From an uncultured Woeseiaceae bacterium (lineage in GTDB: Bacteria; Pseudomonadota; Gammaproteobacteria; Steroidobacterales; Woeseiaceae): a DNA stretch of 64,000 nt. Within the stretch, counting starts at the first letter, position 1. Each line of letters starts with the position of its first letter. Of the stretch, positions 55,013-64,000 are shown piece by piece. The notes under the pieces were generated by a model. That model was not told the origin of the DNA and made no database searches. It saw only the letters and a list, made by a program, of their open reading frames with translations. The position numbers and the translations under genes were made by a program. The DNA lies in assembly GCA_964606915.1 (NCBI GenBank), contig CAZSIQ010000005.1, forward strand, positions 8,472 to 72,471, in the 5' to 3' direction.

Positions 55013-55723
55013 ATGAAACACCTGATCCTTGTAACCATCCTTGCTGTCCTTCCGCTGAGCGCTATCGGTCACCCGATCACGAGCAGCAAAGACAGCGACA
55101 AGACACCCGCCTTCGATATCACGACGGCTCGCGCCACCACGGACGGCAGGCTGACCACGTTCGCCATGGAAGTTGCCGGTATCGCCGGCAGCGTGAAGCC
55201 GGAGCGCATTGGCCAGCTCACCGGCGCCAAGGTCGAGTCTTATGTCTGGCCGACCAACCTGGATCCGTCGACCGTCGGTTTTGACGCCAACTCCGGCATC
55301 CTGGCGCTGGCGATTACCGCGCACCCCGACTTCGACGACACACCGTTGTTTGACGAGAACCAGGATGGCGATCCGGCCAATGACGGCGCCGACTGGCATT
55401 CGCACTGGGTCGTCCTGGTTGAAGACGAGAACTGCGGCGCGGGCCTGAAAGTCCGTGACGTCTCGCCCGGCCAGGACTTGCTGCCGGCAACGGCGCCTCA
55501 CCTGCCGATCGCGCTGGACAGTCCGGGTATGAGCCCGATTCTCGATGGCGGTAGTGCCCGTATCACCGTCCCTGTCGCCGATACGGCAGACGTGGCGTTC
55601 GACGCCGTCACGGCCGAACTCATGGTTAATGAGTCAGGCGAAGCCCCTCTGCTTTGCGTCACCGGCGTGCACGACATCGCTTCCGGTGACCTGTCGCTGC
55701 CGGGCCGGGTGGTCACGCAATAA
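55013..55723 (+). CDS. secreted protein, function unknown
   Basis: ATG at 55013 preceded by AGGAGA. Signal peptide MKHLILVTILAVLPLSAIG. Contains DGADWHSHWVVL. Confidence 0.5.
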   Translation: MKHLILVTILAVLPLSAIGHPITSSKDSDKTPAFDITTARATTDGRLTTFAMEVAGIAGSVKPERIGQLTGAKVESYVWPTNLDPSTVGFDANSGILALAITAHPDFDDTPLFDENQDGDPANDGADWHSHWVVLVEDENCGAGLKVRDVSPGQDLLPATAPHLPIALDSPGMSPILDGGSARITVPVADTADVAFDAVTAELMVNESGEAPLLCVTGVHDIASGDLSLPGRVVTQ

Positions 55724-55798
55724 ATACCCGCCTCGCCACGCTGACGACAGTTGGGGTATGGAGACGGGCTCCATCGCTTGCAGGCGGACGATCTCTCA

Positions 55799-55833
55799 AC
55801 TGACGGGGCGCGCGTCCCGTCAGTTTCCGTTCC
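55799..55833 (+). terminator. rho-independent terminator after the secreted-protein gene
   Basis: 9-bp stem ACTGACGGG/CCCGTCAGT with an 8-nt loop, followed by TTTCCGTTCC. Confidence 0.6.
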
Positions 55834-55882
55834 TGCATTACCCATCCGCTACCGGATCAGAATGCCCGTTAACTGCGTTATT

Positions 55883-55916
55883 TGACAACATACTGTCATT
55901 ACGACAATATATTGTC
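55883..55916. promoter_or_regulatory. two palindromes overlapping the promoter of the second MarR gene
   Basis: TGACA-N6-TGTCA (55883-55898, includes the TTGACA -35-like hexamer) and the perfect 14-bp palindrome GACAATATATTGTC (55903-55916), which ends 1 nt before the ATG. Confidence 0.45.
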
Positions 55917-55917
55917 T

Positions 55918-56388
55918 ATGCAGAATACGCAGACCCGGAAAAGCCAGGCCCTGACCGACCTGATTCTCGAGACCTTCAGCCTGAACGGCGCACTGCTCGC
56001 TGCGGGCGATGAACTGGTTCGCGACATCGGCCTGACCAGCGCTCGCTGGCAGGTACTGGGCGCCATAGCGCTGGAACAACGCCCGCTCACCGTCGCGCAG
56101 ATCGCGCGTCGAATGGGTTTGTCCAGGCAGGCCGTGCAACGCGTGGTCAACGAACTGGAAGTCGCTGGCGTCTTAGAGTTTTCGGATAACCCGGACCACA
56201 AGCGTGCAAGGCTCGTGTCGATGACGAACAAGGGCGAGCGCGCTTACGCGAAGGCCGACGAGCGCCAGACGGACTGGGCACAGGGACTCGCAGCAGAAGC
56301 GAGCCAACAGGACATCCTGACCGCGGTTGGCGTATTGCGGTCAGTCAACCAACGCCTGAGCGCGGGCATGGACGTACAGGGAGCTTGA
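55918..56388 (+). CDS. MarR-family transcriptional regulator
   Basis: ATG at 55918. LTSARWQVLGAI, LTVAQIARRMGLSRQAVQRVVNELE, DHKRARLVSMT. Confidence 0.8.
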   Translation: MQNTQTRKSQALTDLILETFSLNGALLAAGDELVRDIGLTSARWQVLGAIALEQRPLTVAQIARRMGLSRQAVQRVVNELEVAGVLEFSDNPDHKRARLVSMTNKGERAYAKADERQTDWAQGLAAEASQQDILTAVGVLRSVNQRLSAGMDVQGA

Positions 56389-56389
56389 A

Positions 56390-56851
56390 ATGAAACAACG
56401 AATTCACGCGTTGGCCGGTACGCTGGCGTTCTTTACGATCGCCGTATTCTGGATCTCCACGGCAGTTTCCGAACTCTTTGGCTCGCCATCGGACATTGCA
56501 GCCGTCAAACAATCCATTCTCTGGGGCTTACTCATACTGGTTCCCGCATTGATCGCGACCGGAGGTACCGGAACCTCGCTCGCCTATCGACGCGCCGGTC
56601 CAAAACTGGACAGGAAAAAACGACGCATGCCAGTGATTGCCGCGAATGGCCTGATGATTCTAGTGCCGTCTGCGTTCTTCCTCGCGTACAAGGCGGGTCT
56701 GGGAGAGTTCGACACCTGGTTCTATGCCGTCCAGGCGCTGGAACTTGGCGCGGGTGCTATCAACCTCACGCTAATGGCGCTGAATATTCGCGACGGCATG
56801 CTGCTTTCGGGACGAATTCGCAGGAATCGACCGTCGCGGGTGGAAACCTGA
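56390..56851 (+). CDS. four-TM membrane protein, function unknown
   Basis: 153 aa. Starts 2 nt after the MarR stop. Confidence 0.5.
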   Translation: MKQRIHALAGTLAFFTIAVFWISTAVSELFGSPSDIAAVKQSILWGLLILVPALIATGGTGTSLAYRRAGPKLDRKKRRMPVIAANGLMILVPSAFFLAYKAGLGEFDTWFYAVQALELGAGAINLTLMALNIRDGMLLSGRIRRNRPSRVET

Positions 56852-56996
56852 ACCGGGCACCGGCAGTCTCGCAACGAGTGCTTCCTGAATCCTCCCTTGC
56901 CTTTGCCGTCGCTAACGAATCGAAGTGTCTTGGTATATTGGACGAAGAGCCCGCCGGATTACGGTTGGCGTAAGCGATAGACCGGGGAGGACAGCA

Positions 56997-58172
56997 ATGG
57001 CGAACACGCGCAGGCATTTCCTGAAGAGCGTCGGCGGCATCCTCGTAGCGACTCCGTCGCTGGGCTGGTCGTTTAGCTCAGAGACGACAAACCTCGCAAA
57101 GCCTGGCCTGCGCATCCTCAACGAGCGGCCATTGAATGCGGAAACACCCGCCCATCTCCTGGACGACGACGTAACACCGACCGAGCACTTGTTCGTCCGT
57201 AACAACGGACTCCTGCCTGAGTCCATGGACCCCGACAACTGGACGCTGTCCGTGCAGGGCGAGAGCTGCCTGCGTCCGACATCGTTTTCAATTGCTGAGC
57301 TCAAACAACAGTTCGAACACGTCACGCTCGACCTGCAGCTCGAATGCGGCGGCAACGGACGCTCTGAGTTCCGGCCACGTGCATCGGGCAACCAGTGGAC
57401 GACCGGTGCTGTCGGCTGCCCGCGCTGGACCGGTGTGCGCCTGAAAGACGTCCTCGAATTCTGTGGCGTTCGTGATGATGCCGTGTATGTGGCTTACAAA
57501 GGTGCCGACCGCCATCTCTCGGGCGACCTGGCCAAGACGGTAATCTCGCGTGGCGTACCCGTGTCGAAGGCGATGGAGGCCGAATCGCTGATCGCGTTCG
57601 AGCTGAACGGAGCCCCGATTGATCCGCTGCATGGCGCGCCCTTACGACTGGTGATTGGCGGCTGGCCGGGCTCGGTGTCCGGCAAGTGGCTGACTACCCT
57701 CCTCGTCCGCGATCGCGTCCATGACGGCCCGAAGATGGGCGGTTACTCGTACCGGGTGCCCTGCGAGCCGGTCGCACCCGGCAGCGACGTGCCGGAAGAG
57801 GCCATGTGCATCATCGAGTCGATGCCCGTGAAGTCGCTGATTACGAAACCGCGTTCAGGCCTGACCGTAGCCCGGGACAAGCGGCTCCGACTGCGCGGCA
57901 AGGCGTGGGCCGGCGACCTCAAAGTGGACGCCGTGCACACCAGCTGCGATTTCGGCGCAACGTGGCAAGCAGCGGAACTGGCCGCACCGGCGAATCGACT
58001 CGCCTGGCAATCCTGGCAAGCCGATATTCGCTTGCCGTCGACGGGCTACCACGAGATCTACGTACGCGCGACGGATGAACTGGGGCGCTCGCAGCCCATG
58101 CTGGTCCCCAACTGGAACCCCAAGGGCTACCTCAACAACGCCTGCCACCGGATCGCCGTGCAGGCCGTATAA
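56997..58172 (+). CDS. sulfite-oxidase-family molybdopterin oxidoreductase (SorA-like), Tat-exported
   Basis: ATG at 56997 after GGGGAGGA. Twin-arginine signal NTRRHFLKS. Mo-ligand Cys motif LQLECGGNGRS. C-terminal dimerisation-domain length. Confidence 0.8.
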   Translation: MANTRRHFLKSVGGILVATPSLGWSFSSETTNLAKPGLRILNERPLNAETPAHLLDDDVTPTEHLFVRNNGLLPESMDPDNWTLSVQGESCLRPTSFSIAELKQQFEHVTLDLQLECGGNGRSEFRPRASGNQWTTGAVGCPRWTGVRLKDVLEFCGVRDDAVYVAYKGADRHLSGDLAKTVISRGVPVSKAMEAESLIAFELNGAPIDPLHGAPLRLVIGGWPGSVSGKWLTTLLVRDRVHDGPKMGGYSYRVPCEPVAPGSDVPEEAMCIIESMPVKSLITKPRSGLTVARDKRLRLRGKAWAGDLKVDAVHTSCDFGATWQAAELAAPANRLAWQSWQADIRLPSTGYHEIYVRATDELGRSQPMLVPNWNPKGYLNNACHRIAVQAV

Positions 58173-58175
58173 GCG

Positions 58176-58499
58176 ATGAGGTTTGCACTCTTTTTGTCCC
58201 TGCTCCTCGCCAGCGGCGCGTTCGCTGGAGACCTGAAGCCCGGTAAGGGCGACGTCTTCGTTCGCGCCCACTGTGGCGCCTGCCACTCGCTGGACCTCGT
58301 CACGTCTCAGCGCGGCAACCGGGACTTCTGGCTAAAGACGATTCGGTGGATGCAAAAGACGCAAAACCTCTGGCCGCTGCCTCCGGACCAGGAAACGCTG
58401 ATACTCGATTACCTGGCGGCGAACTACAGCGAAGAAGACCGGGGGCGGCGCCCTCAATTGGATGCCGAGCTGCTGCCCACGCGTGACAGTGACCGTTAG
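58176..58499 (+). CDS. monoheme cytochrome c (SorB-like partner)
   Basis: Signal peptide, single CGACH. Starts 4 nt after the sorA-like stop. Confidence 0.7.
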   Translation: MRFALFLSLLLASGAFAGDLKPGKGDVFVRAHCGACHSLDLVTSQRGNRDFWLKTIRWMQKTQNLWPLPPDQETLILDYLAANYSEEDRGRRPQLDAELLPTRDSDR

Positions 58500-58579
58500 A
58501 TTCCGGGGCGTTCAGTCAGGGTTGCTGTCGACGAAAACGCTTTGCCTCACGCGATGAGGACAGAGTCGCTACTCGAGAA

Positions 58580-59191
58580 TCAGCGAGCGCCCAGAGTCTC
58601 CGCCCCGTGCATGATCATTCGAACCTTGATGACGGCGGCGTTGATCTGCCGCTCGCGGTCGACTTCCGGTGAATTCAGCAGCGTGATACCGGTGGTGAAC
58701 ATGATGGACAACATCGCGTTCGCCGCCAGCTTCGGATAGGCGATCGGCACCTGCCGTTGTTCCGCGTCCTTCTCAAGAAAGTCGGCAAGGTCACTCGCCA
58801 TCGTCAGGAATACGCTTTCGGAGGCTTCGCGAAAGGCGGAACCTGGCGACATACTCTCCTGCACCGTCATCCGCGAGACGCCCTGGTTGTCGGAGATGAA
58901 CTCGAAGACCGCTTCCACGGATGCCCGAATCAGCGATTCGCCGTTGGCGAATTGTCCACGGACGTCTTCCATAAGGCTGACCAGCGCCTTTCGATGCTCC
59001 TCGATCAGCGCGAGGCCGAGCGCATCAAGGTCATGAAAATGGCGGTAGAACGACGTCGGTGGGATCTCGGCGAGCTTCGCCACCTCGCGAAGACTCAGAG
59101 TATCGAAACTGCGCCCGGACGCGAGCGCCTGCGCTGTCACCTCCAGAAGTCGTTGTCGTGTCTGCTCTTTTTTCTTTTTTCGTGGGTCCAT
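58580..59191 (-). CDS. TetR-family regulator, FabR/DesT-like
   Basis: ATG at 59191 (MDPRKKKKEQTRQRLLE). SFDTLSLREVAKLAEIPPTSFYRHFHDLDALGLALIEE closely parallels E. coli FabR as I remember it. The upstream part of the ORF is antisense to the acyl-CoA dehydrogenase gene. Confidence 0.8.
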   Translation of the reverse strand: MDPRKKKKEQTRQRLLEVTAQALASGRSFDTLSLREVAKLAEIPPTSFYRHFHDLDALGLALIEEHRKALVSLMEDVRGQFANGESLIRASVEAVFEFISDNQGVSRMTVQESMSPGSAFREASESVFLTMASDLADFLEKDAEQRQVPIAYPKLAANAMLSIMFTTGITLLNSPEVDRERQINAAVIKVRMIMHGAETLGAR

Positions 59192-59296
59192 GGGGGTCCG
59201 CGGCCGTGCCTTGCTGACGCCTGAAGGGTGGTATCCTAGCAGACGTGTGGTACAGTTGTGCGCACAAGTGTACGCAAACTTACCGAGAGACCCGAG

Positions 59297-61099
59297 ATGA
59301 CCCCGTACAAAGCACCTTTGCGCGATATCCGATTTGTCACCCAGGAGCTCCTGAACTTCGAAAAGCACTACGAATCGCTGCCGGACTGCGACGAGGTGAA
59401 TATCGAGCTGTTTGACTCCATCCTCGAAGAGATCGCCAAGTTCTCCGAGGAAGTCATCGCACCGCTCAACGAGGTCGGTGACCGCGTGGGCTGTGAGCTG
59501 CAGGACGACGCCGAGGTGAAAACGCCGCCCGGCTTCAAGGAGGCCTACCAGCAGTACGTCGACGGTGGCTGGCCGACGCTGGACCAGCCGGCCGAGTACG
59601 GCGGCCAGAACCTGCCGATGTCCATCGGTATGCCGATCAAGGAAATGAGCAGCACGGCAAACTGGTCGTGGTCGATGTACGGCGGCCTGTCGCACGGTGC
59701 GATGGAGACCATCAACGAACATGGCTCCGACGAGCAGAAAGACCTGTTCATGGAGCCGCTGGTTAGCGGGCGCTGGACCGGTACGATGTGTCTCACGGAA
59801 TCACATTGCGGCACAGACCTCGGCCTGCTCAAGACCAAGGCAGAGCCCGCGCTGGACGGTACCTACCGCATCACGGGTTCGAAGATCTTCATCTCCTCCG
59901 GCGAACACGATATGGCCGAGAACATCGTGCACATCGTGCTGGCGCGACTGACCGATGCGCCTCCGGGCACCAAGGGCATCTCCCTGTTCATCGTGCCGAA
60001 GTACCTGCCCAAGAACGACGGCACGATCGGTGACCGCAATGGCGTCACTTGCGGCGCGCTCGAGCACAAGATGGGCATTCACGGCAACGCGACCTGCGTA
60101 ATGAACTTCGACGGCGCGACGGGCTACCTCATTGGCGAGCCCAACAAGGGCCTGCAATACATGTTCACGTTCATGAACTTCGCAAGGCTCGGCACCGGGC
60201 TGCAGGGACTCGCCCACGGCGAACTGGCTTTGCAGAAGTCGGTCGCCTACTCACGCGACCGGCTGCAGATGCGGGCTCTGTCCGGCCCGAAGAACCCCGA
60301 CGGCCCTGCAGACCCGATCATTGTTCACCCGGACGTTCGTCGCATGCTGCTGACACAAAAGGCCCTCACCGAAGGCGGCCGGGCCCTGTTCTACTTCACG
60401 GCCAAGCTCGGCGATATCCTGACCCGGTCCGACGATCCGGCAGCACGCGCGCTGGCTGACCAATCGCTTGGCGTACTCACGCCCATCGTCAAGGCGTTCC
60501 TGACGGAAACCGGTTTTGAGTGCGCTAACATGGGCCTGCAGTGTTTCGGCGGCCATGGTTACATCACCGAGTGGGGCGTCGAACAGAACGTTCGCGACGC
60601 GCGTATCGGTATGCTGTACGAAGGCACGACGGGCATCCAGGCACTCGATCTGCTCGGTCGAAAAGTACTTGGCACCCGCGGCAAGGCACTGGATCCGATT
60701 ACGGCAGCTATACTTGAGTTCTGCAGCCGGTCGCAGGACTGCAAGGAACTTCGACCGCACCTGAAAACGGTGCGCCGATTGACCAAGCAATGGAAATCGC
60801 TGACCCGCAAAATCGGTTTCGCTGCCATGCGTGACCGCGATGCGGTAGGCGCCGCGTCCGTCGACTACATGATGTACTCGGGCTACGTGCTGCTGGCCGT
60901 CGCCTGGGCCGCGAGCGCGAGAATCGCTCACAAGAAACTCAAGGAAGGCACGTCGGAAACGGCATTCTACGAATCGAAGATTCGCACCGCTGATTTTTAC
61001 TTTGCCAAGCTCCTGCCGCGCACGACGTCCCTGTACGAAACCATGATGGCCGGCGCTGACACGCTGATGAGTATCGAAGAAGACCAGTTCGTTTTCTGA
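59297..61099 (+). CDS. long-type acyl-CoA dehydrogenase (about 600 aa, FadE-like)
   Basis: ATG at 59297 (MTPYKAPLRDIRF). ACAD core (CLTESHCGTDLG, IFISSGEHD, GGHGY). C-terminal extension typical of 600-aa ACADs. Confidence 0.85.
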   Translation: MTPYKAPLRDIRFVTQELLNFEKHYESLPDCDEVNIELFDSILEEIAKFSEEVIAPLNEVGDRVGCELQDDAEVKTPPGFKEAYQQYVDGGWPTLDQPAEYGGQNLPMSIGMPIKEMSSTANWSWSMYGGLSHGAMETINEHGSDEQKDLFMEPLVSGRWTGTMCLTESHCGTDLGLLKTKAEPALDGTYRITGSKIFISSGEHDMAENIVHIVLARLTDAPPGTKGISLFIVPKYLPKNDGTIGDRNGVTCGALEHKMGIHGNATCVMNFDGATGYLIGEPNKGLQYMFTFMNFARLGTGLQGLAHGELALQKSVAYSRDRLQMRALSGPKNPDGPADPIIVHPDVRRMLLTQKALTEGGRALFYFTAKLGDILTRSDDPAARALADQSLGVLTPIVKAFLTETGFECANMGLQCFGGHGYITEWGVEQNVRDARIGMLYEGTTGIQALDLLGRKVLGTRGKALDPITAAILEFCSRSQDCKELRPHLKTVRRLTKQWKSLTRKIGFAAMRDRDAVGAASVDYMMYSGYVLLAVAWAASARIAHKKLKEGTSETAFYESKIRTADFYFAKLLPRTTSLYETMMAGADTLMSIEEDQFVF

Positions 61100-61138
61100 G
61101 CCACGCCAGTCAACGCCCATACGACCTAAGGAACCACA

Positions 61139-64000
<2,862 letters not shown>

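Noticed and set aside
55890-55910. LexA (CTGT-N8-ACAG) box upstream of the second MarR gene
   Set aside because: CTGT is followed after 8 nt by CAAT (after 7 nt by ACAA), so the distal half-site and spacing do not fit.

Overview
GC-rich, gene-dense segment with about 57 CDS on both strands. I saw no rRNA, tRNA, CRISPR array, transposase, integrase or recognisable phage or defence genes. The gene content looks like an aquatic or marine gammaproteobacterial-type chromosome, but that is inference only. The ORF track uses TTG and GTG as starts and reports the longest ORFs, so I re-set many starts to internal ATG/GTG/TTG codons with RBS or signal-peptide support. Layout: (1) 40-4866, an rpiR / IadA-like dipeptidase / TonB-receptor operon. 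(2) 4.9-11.9 kb, membrane proteins, an EEP lipoprotein, prpE and a SleB-like hydrolase. (3) 11.9-19.6 kb, a TonB receptor with a flavin-halogenase-like protein, two Fe/2OG-oxygenase-fold proteins and a DUF5996-like protein; no function is assigned to this module. (4) 19.9-27.4 kb, exported lipoproteins, an anchored TAXI-type binding protein, a heptaheme-TPR lipoprotein, an AraC regulator and an Arg/Asp-repeat protein. (5) 28.7-34.5 kb, a zinc-starvation (Zur) island: zur, a MerC-like/ABC/FtsX/DUF3299 operon, folE2 and a secreted NTF2-like protein, with two good Zur boxes and one weaker one. (6) 34.7-42 kb, phosphate scavenging genes (e(P4) phosphatase, EEP lipoprotein, PhoX) plus Dcp and HupE/UreJ. 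(7) 42.1-45.4 kb, a large Asp-box (BNR) repeat protein. (8) 45.5-51 kb, a second zinc module: Zrg-like His-rich binding protein/ABC/FtsX/DUF3299, divergent from a COG0523 GTPase and DUF1826. (9) 51-54.3 kb, an Nramp-like protein with a rewritten metal site and an SLC13/TrkA-C permease. (10) 54.3-58.5 kb, two MarR units and sorAB-like sulfite dehydrogenase. (11) 58.6-64 kb, a FabR/DesT-like TetR regulator, acyl-CoA dehydrogenase and fadBA (fadA runs off the window). The most interesting signals are the duplicated, differently wired DUF3299/FtsX/ABC zinc modules, the MerC-like replacement of the binding protein, and a Zur-linked secreted NTF2-like protein that may be a metal-free carbonic-anhydrase-type enzyme. 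Also notable are the non-canonical Nramp-like transporter, the TonB-receptor/halogenase-like module and a perfect in-frame (GTGGTC)9 microsatellite. All family assignments come from reading motifs by eye and from memory of family signatures. None has been checked by a database search.
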